Source: Lentisphaeria bacterium
Lineage (GTDB): Bacteria > Verrucomicrobiota > Lentisphaeria > Victivallales > Victivallaceae
DNA: 64,000 bases
Assembly: GCA_017466125.1 (NCBI GenBank)
Contig: JAFTUS010000117.1
Span: 6,324 to 70,323, forward strand
Direction of reading: 5' to 3'
The notes beneath the pieces are model-generated. The model was not told the origin of the DNA. It made no database searches and worked only from the letters and a program-made list of their open reading frames with translations. A program made the translations under genes and the position numbers. Numbering within the stretch: the first letter of the stretch is position 1; each line of letters starts with the position of its first letter. This document shows, piece after piece, positions 10,933 to 21,178 of this stretch.

Positions 10933-11238
10933 ATGAGCAATACCGATATTGATATTGATTATATCGCCTCCCTTGCCCGGTTGGAGATCGCTCCGGAAGA
11001 GCGGGAAAAACTCTCCGCCGAACTGAAAAACATCGTCAACTACATCGCCGAACTTTCCGAAGTCGATGTGGAGGGAGTGGAACCCACCGCCCACGCCATT
11101 GCACTTTCCAACGTGTGGCGTGAAGATGAGGCTGTCGAACCCGCTGACCGCACTCTTCTGTTTGAAAATGCCCCCGCATTGATGAACGGCGACCTTTTCA
11201 AAGTTCCGCAAACCCTGCCGGGAGAAGGGATCAACTGA
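10933..11238 (+). CDS. gatC: Asp/Glu-tRNA amidotransferase subunit C
   Basis: IASLARL...VEPT..NVWRED..NAP..FKVP; overlaps the gatA start. Confidence 0.95.
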   Translation: MSNTDIDIDYIASLARLEIAPEEREKLSAELKNIVNYIAELSEVDVEGVEPTAHAIALSNVWREDEAVEPADRTLLFENAPALMNGDLFKVPQTLPGEGIN

Positions 11239-12671
11239 TGGATATTACAGCAAAAACACTTCACGGTCTCGCCGACGGATTGGCCAAAAAAGAGTTTTCC
11301 GCCTCCGAAGTCGTCAAAGCCTACATTGCCAAAGTCGATAAAGATGATGCCAATATCAAAGCGTTCCTCAAACTCGACCGCGAAAAGGCTCTCTCTGCCG
11401 CCGCTGCCGCAGATGAACGCCGCGCACAGGGCAAAGAACTCAGTCCGTATGACGGACTTCCCGTCGGCATCAAAGATTGCATCGTCACACAGGGCGAAAC
11501 CTGTTCCTGCGCCTCAAAGCTGCTCGAACCGGTCGTTTCTCCTTACGATTCCACCGCCGTTGCCCGGTTGAAAGCACAGGGCATCATTCCTTTCGGCCGT
11601 CTGAATATGGACGAATTTGCCATGGGTTCCAGCTGCGAAAACTCCGCTTTCCAGAAAACCGCCAATCCTCGGGATCTCTCCCGTGTACCCGGCGGTTCCT
11701 CCGGCGGTTCTGCCGCCTGCGTGGCGGCGGACTTCGCCCCTGCCGCACTGGGTTCCGATACCGGCGGTTCCATCCGTCAGCCCGCAGGGTTCTGCGGCAT
11801 TGTCGGCTTGAAACCCACCTACGGACGGGTCTCCCGCTACGGTCTGGTGGCGTTTGCCTCCAGTCTTGACCAGATCGGTCCCATGACCAATGATGTGGAA
11901 GATGCCGGTATCATTCTCGATATGATCTGCGGCAAAGACAAGATGGATTCCACCAGTCTGCCCGTGGCGGCAGGCGGTTTCGCCGAAGCCGCCCGCAACG
12001 GCAAAGACCTCAAGGGAATCAAAGTCGGTCTGCCCAAAGAATACTTCACCGGTTCCGGACTCACTCCTGAAGTGGAAAGAGTCATGGAGGAAGCCAAGGC
12101 GAAAGTCAAAGCTCTCGGCGGTGAACTCGTGGAAGTCTCTCTGCCTCATACCAAATACGCCGTTGCCGTTTACTACATCATCGCCACGGCAGAAGCCAGT
12201 GCCAACCTCGCCCGTTTTGACGGTATGCGCTACGGCGCGCGCAAGGAAGGGCGCGATCTGGTGGAGACCTACTTCAAGACCCGCGGCGAAGGGTTCGGCG
12301 CGGAAGTGCGCCGCCGTATCCTGCTGGGAACATACGTCCTTTCCAGCGGTTACTACGATGCCTACTACCTCCGGGCGCAGAAAGTGCGTACCTTGATCCG
12401 CAGAGACTTTGAAGAAGCCTACAAACAGTGTGATGTGATGCTGACTCCGGTCACTCCGGCTCCGGCATTCAAATTCGGCGAAAAATCCGATCCGCTTCAG
12501 ATGTACCTTTCTGACATCTTCACGATCGCGTTGAACCTCTCCGGCAACTGCGGTATCAGCATTCCCGGCGGCGTCTGCAAAGAGACCGGTATGCCCGTCG
12601 GCATCCAGCTGCTCGCGCCCGCATTGGAAGAGGCAAAACTGCTCGCGTACGCCAACGCCATGCAGAGATAA
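11238..12671 (+). CDS. gatA: Asp/Glu-tRNA amidotransferase subunit A
   Basis: GGSSGGS and GSDTGGSIRQPA amidase signature; RRILLGTYVLSSGYYDAYY. Confidence 0.97.
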   Translation: MDITAKTLHGLADGLAKKEFSASEVVKAYIAKVDKDDANIKAFLKLDREKALSAAAAADERRAQGKELSPYDGLPVGIKDCIVTQGETCSCASKLLEPVVSPYDSTAVARLKAQGIIPFGRLNMDEFAMGSSCENSAFQKTANPRDLSRVPGGSSGGSAACVAADFAPAALGSDTGGSIRQPAGFCGIVGLKPTYGRVSRYGLVAFASSLDQIGPMTNDVEDAGIILDMICGKDKMDSTSLPVAAGGFAEAARNGKDLKGIKVGLPKEYFTGSGLTPEVERVMEEAKAKVKALGGELVEVSLPHTKYAVAVYYIIATAEASANLARFDGMRYGARKEGRDLVETYFKTRGEGFGAEVRRRILLGTYVLSSGYYDAYYLRAQKVRTLIRRDFEEAYKQCDVMLTPVTPAPAFKFGEKSDPLQMYLSDIFTIALNLSGNCGISIPGGVCKETGMPVGIQLLAPALEEAKLLAYANAMQR

Positions 12672-12676
12672 AAACA

Positions 12677-13633
12677 ATGAAACGGCAGTTGTTGAAAAAC
12701 ACAGAAATCGAAGTTTCAGAGATTTGTCTCGGACTGAGTCTGATCGGCGTGGAATCTTCAGAAGCGGCGGCATTTGAGATGCTGGACCGCTTTCTGGATG
12801 CCGACGGCAACCTCGTCGATACTGCCCGTTTTTACGCAGACTGGGTTCCCGGAGAGACCGGGCGCAGTGAACGTATTCTCGGCGACTACCTCCGCAAAAG
12901 GAAAAACCGGGATCGTTTTGTCATCTGTACCAAAGGCTGTCACCCGCAGTGGGAGACGATGGGAACGAAGCGGGTAAATCCCCAAGCGTATGCAAACGAC
13001 CTTGATGCTTCTCTGCGCGCCCTCGGTACGGATCACATCGACCTCTATCTGCTGCACCGTGACGACCCCGATGTTCCGGTGGAAGTTCTGCTGGAAGCGA
13101 TGGAAAAAGCCCGCAAATCAGGTAAAATAAGGGAATACGGCATTTCCAACTGGAAGTCCTCCCGCATCCGGGCTCTCACCGATGCCGCCGCTCTGCGCGG
13201 CTGCCGGGGCATACGGGTCGATCAGGAACTTATCAATTACGGCTGTATGAGCCACAATCCGCCGTGGGACCCCAGCACCGAAGCGTGGGATCACACCTAT
13301 CCGGATGTTCTGCGCAAAGCGGATTGTGCGGTCATGGCATTTTCCGGTCAGGCTGCCGGATTTTTTCACAAGGTCTGCGCCGGGAAAGATCCCGCTGCCG
13401 CCGGAGCATACTACAACACGCCGGAAAATCTCCGCCGTGCGGCTGAACTGAAGAAAATTTCAGAGACCACCGGGCTTTCTTTGAGCGCACTGCTCCTCAA
13501 ATATCTCCTTCAGGCGGAAACACTTCAAATCATCCCGCTTGTCCGCGGCGTTGACCGTGAACAGGTGGAACGGATCCTCGAAACGCTCGATGACACGCAA
13601 GTTGACTTCGGTGATTTGCGTGATTTTGAATAA
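12677..13633 (+). CDS. Aldo/keto reductase
   Basis: DTARFY, SERILG, TK and SLRALGTDHIDLYLLH, GISN motifs. Confidence 0.9.
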   Translation: MKRQLLKNTEIEVSEICLGLSLIGVESSEAAAFEMLDRFLDADGNLVDTARFYADWVPGETGRSERILGDYLRKRKNRDRFVICTKGCHPQWETMGTKRVNPQAYANDLDASLRALGTDHIDLYLLHRDDPDVPVEVLLEAMEKARKSGKIREYGISNWKSSRIRALTDAAALRGCRGIRVDQELINYGCMSHNPPWDPSTEAWDHTYPDVLRKADCAVMAFSGQAAGFFHKVCAGKDPAAAGAYYNTPENLRRAAELKKISETTGLSLSALLLKYLLQAETLQIIPLVRGVDREQVERILETLDDTQVDFGDLRDFE

Positions 13634-13679
13634 AAAATTACGGACTTTGAACTTTGAAAAGCGGCATCTGCAATAAAGG

Positions 13680-14273
13680 TCAGCAGGGATACTTTTCCGC
13701 ATACAATCTCTGATAATTGGCGTAAGCGTTCCGGTAGCGTCCCGCGTATGCGGCACTGAAACTGTTGGCAGTGTAACTGCGGTAACGTTCGAGACGCGGA
13801 GCGGCACTTTTGAGCGTATGCCGCAACTGTTTCAGCAATACGGCTCTGGAGTCATGCAGTTTTCTGATGTGCCGGGAATTTTCCTCTTCACTGCCGACTG
13901 CGTTGAAGTGGACAAGAATGGAATTCGCCCCGAAAAGTTCCTGTTCCAGCATGGTCAGTTTATTCCATACTTCCGCCATTCTCAAGGTGATTTCCTGCAA
14001 TGCGAAAAGTCTCCGCTCCCGATTTTCGGTGTCGGGACTGGAGAGCAGTTTGAGAATGGCATCCGTATCGCTATGGGCGATGTGCAGCAGTTCCACCGCA
14101 TTGGCGCATATCTGCATTTGTTCCACAGCGGGCTGGTTGTCATTCTCCGAATGAAGAGTGATCGCCACCGCCTGATCCCATGCGGCATCCCGACGACCCA
14201 TCAAACCCGGCAAATTCTGTTTTGTCAGGTGACACACCCGTCTGGGGTGGGGAATATTTCTATTTTCCGCCAT
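13680..14273 (-). CDS. Hypothetical alpha-helical protein
   Basis: 197-aa ORF filling the gap between two genes; no family recognised. Confidence 0.6.
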   Translation of the reverse strand: MAENRNIPHPRRVCHLTKQNLPGLMGRRDAAWDQAVAITLHSENDNQPAVEQMQICANAVELLHIAHSDTDAILKLLSSPDTENRERRLFALQEITLRMAEVWNKLTMLEQELFGANSILVHFNAVGSEEENSRHIRKLHDSRAVLLKQLRHTLKSAAPRLERYRSYTANSFSAAYAGRYRNAYANYQRLYAEKYPC

Positions 14274-14305
14274 AAATCACTCTCTATATTGTATTTTCAG
14301 GAACG

Positions 14306-14331
14306 AAAAACCGGGGGAGTTCCCCCGGTTT
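14306..14331 (-). terminator. Rho-independent terminator after the serA-like gene
   Basis: AAACCGGGGGA/TCCCCCGGTTT stem with a T run on the minus strand. Confidence 0.7.
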
Positions 14332-14357
14332 CCGGGTCATACAGAACAGGTGTTCTG

Positions 14358-15296
14358 TTATTTCGCTTTGTTGACAACGCAGGAGGTATCGCCGTTTTCA
14401 AAATAGGCGATCGTCTGTTCTGCGGCACGTTTGGCAGCAACAAAGTTGGCTTCATAGGTATTTGCGCCGAGGTGCGGAGCCATGACATCGGCGATGTCGG
14501 CAACGCTCTTCGGACCGGCGGCATCTTTGGGATAAACGTCGTTGCAGAAGAAGAGTTTCTTACCGGCTTTGGCGGCACGGAGATCGTCTTCATTGATCAC
14601 ACCGGCGCGGGCGCAGTTGATGAGCATGGCACCCTCTTTCATCAGACCGAAAAGTTTGCCGTTGATCATGCCGCGGGTCTCGTCATTTTCGGGAATGTGC
14701 AGAGAAACATAATCCGCTTCGGCGAAAATACGTTCCACCGTGGTCAGTTCCACGCCCAGTTTTTCAGCGACAGCGGGGGGCAGGAAGGGGTCATAGCCGA
14801 GAACTTTGACCTCAAAGCCGGAAAGACGTTTGACCAGCAGCTGACCGATGTGACCGAGACCGAGGATACCGACCGTTTTTCCGGTGACTTCGTGGCCCAT
14901 GAATTTGCTCTTTTCCCAGTCACCGGCGCGGGTGGAGGCGTCAGCGGGAATGAGGAAACGGGAACCGGCGAGCATCATGGCAACGACCTCCTCCGCCACG
15001 GCGTTGGAGTTGGCTCCGGGAGTATTCATCACATCGATATTTTTCTCACGGGCATATTTGGTGTCAATGGTGTTGAAACCGGCACCGGCACGGACGACCA
15101 GTTTGAGTTCCGGCAGTTGATCGATGATTTCTGCGGTAATTTTTTCACTGCGGACAATAAGCACCTCAGCGTCACTATTGGCGGCGACCAGATCCGCAAG
15201 CGGAGTGGCTCCGTCCAGCACGACTTCGTAGCCGCGTTCGCTCAAAAGGGCAGCGGCGGCTTTATCCAACTTCGTAGGTATCAAAACTTTGTGCAT
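14358..15296 (-). CDS. serA: D-3-phosphoglycerate / D-2-hydroxyacid dehydrogenase, short form without ACT domain
   Basis: RAGAG, VMNTPGAN, GLGHIG, INCAR, PHLGANT.EA. Confidence 0.8.
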   Translation of the reverse strand: MHKVLIPTKLDKAAAALLSERGYEVVLDGATPLADLVAANSDAEVLIVRSEKITAEIIDQLPELKLVVRAGAGFNTIDTKYAREKNIDVMNTPGANSNAVAEEVVAMMLAGSRFLIPADASTRAGDWEKSKFMGHEVTGKTVGILGLGHIGQLLVKRLSGFEVKVLGYDPFLPPAVAEKLGVELTTVERIFAEADYVSLHIPENDETRGMINGKLFGLMKEGAMLINCARAGVINEDDLRAAKAGKKLFFCNDVYPKDAAGPKSVADIADVMAPHLGANTYEANFVAAKRAAEQTIAYFENGDTSCVVNKAK

Positions 15297-15337
15297 TTTT
15301 TCTCTCCTGAATGGTGATTGAGTTTCTGCGTTCTCTT

Positions 15338-15366
15338 AATATACAGCAAAAAAACTCTTTTTTCAA
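15338..15366 (-). promoter_or_regulatory. Promoter of the serA-like gene
   Basis: TTGAAA-N17-TATATT. Confidence 0.55.
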
Positions 15367-15461
15367 GCATGATTAAGTAAAAAAATATCAAAATATGTGC
15401 CGCAAAACACTTTGCGGCCTCCGCAAGAGAGAAATAACCGAATATTCTTTTGCTGAAAAAC

Positions 15462-15490
15462 TTGAAAAAACAGCAAAAACGGTGTATGTT
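15462..15490 (+). promoter_or_regulatory. Promoter of the rnf operon
   Basis: TTGAAA-N17-TATGTT. Confidence 0.55.
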
Positions 15491-15540
15491 ATATTGTTTA
15501 TGCAAATAATTCTGAATAATTGTAAAGAAAGGTGCTTTTC

Positions 15541-16140
15541 ATGGATTATCTTGAATTGACGATCGGAGCGGTATTGGTCAACAATATCGTTCTGTCCAAG
15601 TTTCTCGGGATCTGTCCTTTCCTCGGGGTTTCAAAACGCCTCGGTACGGCAATGGGCATGTCGGGAGCGGTCATATTTGTTATGACGCTCGCCTCTTTTG
15701 CAACGGCTCTCGTCTCCAAATATCTGCTGCAATTCGATCTGGACTGCATCGGTTTGGGGCATATCGACCTCGGTTTTCTGCAAGTGCTGCTCTACATCCT
15801 CATCATCGCCGGACTGGTTCAGCTCATCGAGATCGTCATGCAGAAACTCTCCGCAAAACTCTATCAGGCTCTCGGCATCTACCTGCCGCTCATTACCACC
15901 AACTGCGCCGTTCTCGGTTCGGCGACCATGAATGCCAATGTCGGGCGCGGCGTCCTTGCCTCGACCCTCTTCGGCCTCTTTTCCGGCATCGGTTTTGCGC
16001 TGGCACTGCTGCTTTTCGCCAGTCTGCGGGAGCGGCTGGAACTGGCGGATACGCCCCCGGCGTTCCAGGGCATTCCCATCGCGCTTGTTACGGCGGGCAT
16101 CCTCGCGATGGCTTTCGTCGGATTTTCCGGACTGTGTTAA
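15541..16140 (+). CDS. rnfA: Rnf electron transport complex subunit A
   Basis: VNNIVLSKFLGICPFLGVS, YLPLITTNCAVLG, RERL..P..FQG.PI. Confidence 0.95.
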   Translation: MDYLELTIGAVLVNNIVLSKFLGICPFLGVSKRLGTAMGMSGAVIFVMTLASFATALVSKYLLQFDLDCIGLGHIDLGFLQVLLYILIIAGLVQLIEIVMQKLSAKLYQALGIYLPLITTNCAVLGSATMNANVGRGVLASTLFGLFSGIGFALALLLFASLRERLELADTPPAFQGIPIALVTAGILAMAFVGFSGLC

Positions 16141-16152
16141 GGAGAAAAAATC

Positions 16153-17001
16153 ATGACTGGAATTATTATTTCTGCAGTTATCCTCATGGCGTTTCTCGGT
16201 TTGATACTGGGCATCATCATCGGGGCATTCGCTAAAATCTTCAGAGTGGAGACCGATCCCCGGGTCGAACTCGTGACCGAACTCCTCCCCGGTGCAAACT
16301 GCGGCGGCTGCGGTACTGCGGGATGCGCCGACTTCGCAAAATCCGTCGTCGCCGGGATCAATCCCCCCGGCAAATGCCCCGTTTGCAGTGCCGAACAGGT
16401 CACTTCCATCGCCAAAGCCCTCGGCATCGAGGTCGGCAGCGTGGATAAGAAAAAAGCCATCGTCCGCTGCGGCGGCGATGTGAACCAGACCAAACGTTCC
16501 GCCACCTACATCGGCGTGGCAGACTGCGTTTCCGCCTCCATGGTCGGCGGGGGGTTCAAAGGGTGCGCCAGCGGCTGTCTCGGACTCGGAACCTGTGCCA
16601 ACAAATGTCCTTTCGGCGCGATTGAAATGATCAACTCGCTCGCCGTCATCCATGAGGAACTCTGCGTCGGCTGCGGCAGTTGTGTTGCGGCATGTCCCCG
16701 CGGCGTCATCCAACTGGTTCCCGCCGATGCCGCCGTACACGTCTACTGCAACAGCCTTGACAAGGGCGTGGACAAGAAAAAAGTCTGCAATGTCCCCTGT
16801 ATCGGCTGCCGCAAGTGCGTCAAGGCATTCCCCGACAAGTTCATCATCAACGGTTTCCGTGCCGAAGTCAACTATGCGGCGGAAATTCTCCCGACCGTGG
16901 AAGAAGCCGAGTCCGTCGGATGCCCGACCGGAGCCTTGCTCTCCGCTGTGGCACACTTGAATATTGAACAGAACAACCCCGATTGGAGTCCGGCAAAATG
17001 A
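16153..17001 (+). CDS. rnfB: Rnf complex subunit B (polyferredoxin)
   Basis: N-terminal TM, LPGANCGGCG..GC and several CxxCxxCxxxCP motifs. Confidence 0.95.
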   Translation: MTGIIISAVILMAFLGLILGIIIGAFAKIFRVETDPRVELVTELLPGANCGGCGTAGCADFAKSVVAGINPPGKCPVCSAEQVTSIAKALGIEVGSVDKKKAIVRCGGDVNQTKRSATYIGVADCVSASMVGGGFKGCASGCLGLGTCANKCPFGAIEMINSLAVIHEELCVGCGSCVAACPRGVIQLVPADAAVHVYCNSLDKGVDKKKVCNVPCIGCRKCVKAFPDKFIINGFRAEVNYAAEILPTVEEAESVGCPTGALLSAVAHLNIEQNNPDWSPAK

Positions 17002-18317
17002 AACGTAACCTCCTTTCATTCCCCGGCGGCATCCACCCCGCCGGAAAACACAAAGAACTCTCCAGCAGCACCCCCATCCAAACGGCTCCGCTGATGGAAA
17101 AATACCATGTCGTCCTCGCCCAGAATGTGGGCAAGCCCCCCAAAATGATCGTGGAACCGGGTACTGAAGTCAAAAAATATCAACTTATCGCCGAAGCGGA
17201 CGGTTTCGTATCCGCCAATCTGCACGCCCCCACCAGCGGCAAAGTGACCGGCATCGTCAATGTTCCCGGGGCAATGGGCTCCCTCGTCCCCGCCATTGAA
17301 ATCATCGCCGACGGCAAGGATGAAGCCTGCGAAGCCATGCCCTCCATCGACTGGCAGAATGCCGGACGCGATGAACTGATCCGGCGCATCGGAGACTGCG
17401 GCATCGTCGGTATGGGCGGAGCGGCATTTCCCAGCCGGGTCAAACTCTCCCCTCCCCCCGAAGTGAAGATCGACACCGTGATCCTCAACGGCGCGGAGTG
17501 CGAACCTTACCTCACCGCAGACCACCGTTTGATGCTGGAACGTCCTGAAGATGTGGTCATCGGTGCCGCCATCCTCGGCAAAGCGATGAATGTGGAAAAT
17601 GTCGTCATCGGTATCGAAAACAACAAAACCGATGCCTATGAAGCATTGCTCCCTGTTGCAGAAAAATACGGCGTCAAACTTGCATTGCTCAAAGTTCAGT
17701 ATCCGCAAGGATCGGAAAAGCAGTTGATTTACGCCATCACCCGCCGCAAAGTCGCCACCGGCGCACTGCCGATGAGTGCCGGTTGCGTGGTTCAGAACGT
17801 CGGTTCTGCCGCCGCCGTCAAAACAGCGGTCGTGGATGGACGCCCCCTGATCGAACGCATCACCACCGTTACCGGTGAAGTGGTGAAAAATCCGGGCAAC
17901 TGGCTGCTCCGCATCGGTACGCCCGTCATTGAAGTTCTCAAACTTGCGGGCGGCGTCACCGCCGAACCGGGCAAACTGATCCTCGGCGGCCCGATGATGG
18001 GTTTTGCTGAAAAATCGTTCGATGTTCCGGTCAGCAAGAACACCTCCGGTATTCTGCTGCTGTCGGAGGATGCCGCTTACAAATTCAACTCCACCAACTG
18101 CCTGCGCTGCGGACGGTGTGTAGCGGCATGTCCGATGCTGCTCGCCCCCTGTGTGATCGGCACTGCGGTTGAGGGCGGACGTACCGACCTCGCCGCTGAA
18201 AATCATGTCATGGACTGTCTGGAATGCGGAGCATGTGCATTCGCCTGTCCTGCCCATCGGCCGCTGGTGCAATATTTCCGCCGCGCAAAAGCGGAAATCC
18301 GCCGTCAGAAAAAGTAA
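16998..18317 (+). CDS. rnfC: Rnf complex subunit C
   Basis: GGIHP, GIVGMGGAAFP, NGAECEPYLTAD, YPQGSEKQL and two 4Fe-4S motifs. Confidence 0.96.
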   Translation: MKRNLLSFPGGIHPAGKHKELSSSTPIQTAPLMEKYHVVLAQNVGKPPKMIVEPGTEVKKYQLIAEADGFVSANLHAPTSGKVTGIVNVPGAMGSLVPAIEIIADGKDEACEAMPSIDWQNAGRDELIRRIGDCGIVGMGGAAFPSRVKLSPPPEVKIDTVILNGAECEPYLTADHRLMLERPEDVVIGAAILGKAMNVENVVIGIENNKTDAYEALLPVAEKYGVKLALLKVQYPQGSEKQLIYAITRRKVATGALPMSAGCVVQNVGSAAAVKTAVVDGRPLIERITTVTGEVVKNPGNWLLRIGTPVIEVLKLAGGVTAEPGKLILGGPMMGFAEKSFDVPVSKNTSGILLLSEDAAYKFNSTNCLRCGRCVAACPMLLAPCVIGTAVEGGRTDLAAENHVMDCLECGACAFACPAHRPLVQYFRRAKAEIRRQKK

Positions 18318-18340
18318 CCAAGTTTACGGGATAAAATATC

Positions 18341-19393
18341 ATGGAAGAAAACAACAACAACATCATGCTCCCCTCCGGCGACAAACTGGTTTTGAGCGTA
18401 TCACCTCACATTTCCACCCCCGACAGTACACGCAAAATCATGTTCAAGGTGCTGTTGGCTCTTGTTCCGGCGTTGATCGCCGCAGTCTGGTTTTTCGGCT
18501 GGGATGCAGTCCGGGTCATCGTCCTTACTCTCGCGTTTTGCGTAGGAGCAGAAGCCCTCTGGTGCAAGATTTTCAGCAAACCCGTTCTGAAAAATATCAC
18601 CGACGGCAGTGCCGCTGTTACCGGTATGCTTCTGGCATTCAACCTCCCCGCCTCCGCCCCCTGGTGGGTCTGTCTTATCGGCGCACTGCTGGCGATCTGG
18701 CTGGGCAAACAGGTGTTCGGCGGACTGGGGCGCAACCCCTTCAACCCGGCACTGGTCGCCCGCGTTGCATTGCTGATCGCTTTCCCGGCGATCATGACCA
18801 CCTGGCCCGCGCCCCGCGGTTATGAGGGCGATACGGTCAAAACGGCAGATTACGTCACCTGTGCAACGCCGCTTTCGGAAGTCGGCACGACCCCGAAATC
18901 CACCGACAAACACGCGATCAATATGGGAAAATTTGACGATGCCGGTCTCCGCAAGGATCTCTTTTTCGGCAAGCGGGGCGGCTGTCTGGGCGAAACCAGT
19001 GTGCTGGCTCTGCTCATCGGCGGAGCGATGCTGCTCTGCTTCAAACTCATCAACTGGCGTATTCCCTTCTTCTACATCGGCACGGTGGCAGTCATCACCA
19101 GCATCGTGAATTACTTCTATCCCGGCATGACCCCGACGGCTCTATTCCACATTCTGACCGGCGGACTGATGCTGGGTGCATTTTTCATGGCGACCGACAT
19201 GGTGACCAGCCCCGTAACCAAAAAAGGGGGCATCATCTTCGCTGTCGGCTGTGGAGTTATCACTTCCCTCATCCGTATCTGGGGCAACTATCCGGAAGGG
19301 GTCAGTTTCTCCATTCTTTTCATGAATGCGCTGGTTCCTCTGATCGACCGCTGGACCATGCCGAAAGTCTTTGGAAGTGAGGTGGCAAAATGA
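18341..19393 (+). CDS. rnfD: Rnf complex subunit D
   Basis: SPHI, KQVFGGLG.NPFNPA, TCATPL (FMN-Thr), FMATD.VTSP. Confidence 0.96.
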   Translation: MEENNNNIMLPSGDKLVLSVSPHISTPDSTRKIMFKVLLALVPALIAAVWFFGWDAVRVIVLTLAFCVGAEALWCKIFSKPVLKNITDGSAAVTGMLLAFNLPASAPWWVCLIGALLAIWLGKQVFGGLGRNPFNPALVARVALLIAFPAIMTTWPAPRGYEGDTVKTADYVTCATPLSEVGTTPKSTDKHAINMGKFDDAGLRKDLFFGKRGGCLGETSVLALLIGGAMLLCFKLINWRIPFFYIGTVAVITSIVNYFYPGMTPTALFHILTGGLMLGAFFMATDMVTSPVTKKGGIIFAVGCGVITSLIRIWGNYPEGVSFSILFMNALVPLIDRWTMPKVFGSEVAK

Positions 19394-20037
19394 AATTGCG
19401 CGAAACTGAAAATATCGTTATTCTCGGCATTTTTCTGGCTCTGACCGGTCTGATTTCCGCTCTGGTGCTTGCCGTTGTCTCCGGCGTAGCGGAGGGCCCC
19501 ATCAAGGCCGCAGAACTGCGTAATGCGACCGCCGCACTGAAGGATGTTCTCCCGGCTTTTGACAATGAACCCAGCCAGTGCAAAACAGAAATCAACGGCA
19601 TCACGTTCTACGGTGCGAAGAAAAACGGCAAACTGGTCGGCTTCGCAGCAGAAGGTTCCAACAAACTGGGCTATGCCGGAAATATCACCGCCGTCATCGG
19701 TTTTGAACCCGATGGCACGATCCGCTCCATCCTCATCACCAAACAGGGCGAAACTCCCGGACTCGGCACAAAAGCGTGCGAACGCAAACATATCAAGACC
19801 ATCTTCAACTTCTGGAAACCCGCTCCCGCCGGACTTGCCCCCAACGCTTTTCTCGACCAGTTCAAAGGGAAGAAAACCGGCAATTACAAGGTTGCCAAAG
19901 ACGGCGGCAAAATCGACTATATCACAGGTGCGACCGTCACCAGCCGCGCCATTACGGCACTGGCGGCAGAAATCCAGCAGACCCTGCTGAAAAACCATTC
20001 TGCCATCAGCAAAGAGATTGAGAACAAAGGAAAATAA
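19390..20037 (+). CDS. rnfG: Rnf complex subunit G
   Basis: N-terminal TM, GYAG, ETPGLG, ITGATVTS FMN motif. Confidence 0.94.
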   Translation: MKLRETENIVILGIFLALTGLISALVLAVVSGVAEGPIKAAELRNATAALKDVLPAFDNEPSQCKTEINGITFYGAKKNGKLVGFAAEGSNKLGYAGNITAVIGFEPDGTIRSILITKQGETPGLGTKACERKHIKTIFNFWKPAPAGLAPNAFLDQFKGKKTGNYKVAKDGGKIDYITGATVTSRAITALAAEIQQTLLKNHSAISKEIENKGK

Positions 20038-20039
20038 CG

Positions 20040-21170
20040 ATGCCGATATCCTATCAGAAACAGGAAAACATCAACCTTGCCAATATGCTTCCCTTTGAAA
20101 GTTTTCTTGGTATTGCTGATTTGAATTCACTCCAACAGTCCGATGCTGTGGAGAGTTTTCCTGTTCAATATCCGGATGAATACAGTTTCCTTCACGAAGC
20201 GGCGGTCATCGTCTGGCGGGGAATTATTTTCTGCTCCTGGTACAACTGTCCGGAAAAGGAACTTCAAGGGTTCACCCCCATCCGGGGAAAATTCTCCAAA
20301 GACGGCGGCAAAACGTGGAGCAAGGTCGAAACCATTGCAGAAGACCCCGAAAAAAAGTTGATCTGCTGTCCGCCCGTCTACGGGATCTGCGACGGTGAAC
20401 TTTATATGCTCATCAATACCATGGTCGGAGCGGATTTGATCCACTCCATCGAGTTTTTCAAATTCGACCCGGCAACGGAGAAATTTGTATTTCTGAAATC
20501 CGAACCGATCCCTTTCAAACTCAACACCAATGTGTATGCGCTGGATAACGGCAAACTGCTGCTGCCGGGACGGATCGCAGAAATGGACTCTTTTCCGGCG
20601 ACTCCGGCGGTGCTGATCTCCGACTCCGGTAAAATCGATGCCCCGTGGCGTCTGGTGAAGATCCAGCAGGACAAGTTCCTGCCGGACGGAGCGGCACTGG
20701 TTCATCCGGAACTGACCGCCATCGTTCAGAAAAACGTCATTACCATATTCAGCCGCAACGACAATCGCAACGTACCGCTTTTCTACCGTTCTGAAGATTT
20801 CGGCGAAAACTGGAGCGGAGTCATGGCACACGATATTCCCTTTACCAACTCCAAAATCTACTCCGGCACCCTCGCCGACGGCAGAAATTATCTGATTGGA
20901 AATATCGCAGATTCGGTAGAAGCGGCATATTCCCCGGAAAGCCGTGCCCGGCTGGCTCTCTTCGTCAGCGACCCCGGAACACTCAAATTCAGCAAAGGCT
21001 GTCTGCTGCAGAGTGGATACAATGCCAAATGGGATCTTCATCCCCAGTGGAGTTATCCCGCTGCCTGTGAATGGGGAAATAAACTTTATGTGATTTATAC
21101 AATGAGTTCAGACGGCGACCAGAGTCACCGGGGAGCCATGCTCTCCATCGTCGATCTGCAAAAAATATAG
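20040..21170 (+). CDS. BNR/Asp-box repeat sialidase-like protein
   Basis: Asp boxes SKDGGKTW and SEDFGENW, WSYP motif; no signal peptide. Confidence 0.75.
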   Translation: MPISYQKQENINLANMLPFESFLGIADLNSLQQSDAVESFPVQYPDEYSFLHEAAVIVWRGIIFCSWYNCPEKELQGFTPIRGKFSKDGGKTWSKVETIAEDPEKKLICCPPVYGICDGELYMLINTMVGADLIHSIEFFKFDPATEKFVFLKSEPIPFKLNTNVYALDNGKLLLPGRIAEMDSFPATPAVLISDSGKIDAPWRLVKIQQDKFLPDGAALVHPELTAIVQKNVITIFSRNDNRNVPLFYRSEDFGENWSGVMAHDIPFTNSKIYSGTLADGRNYLIGNIADSVEAAYSPESRARLALFVSDPGTLKFSKGCLLQSGYNAKWDLHPQWSYPAACEWGNKLYVIYTMSSDGDQSHRGAMLSIVDLQKI

Positions 21171-21178
21171 AGGAAAAA

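Noticed and set aside
9193-11211. 672-aa minus-strand ORF
   Set aside because: Antisense to pfp and gatC; explained by codon bias, with no motifs.
15494-15511. Possible Rex operator before rnfA
   Set aside because: Poor match to TTGTGAA-N4-TTCACAA in an AT-rich context.
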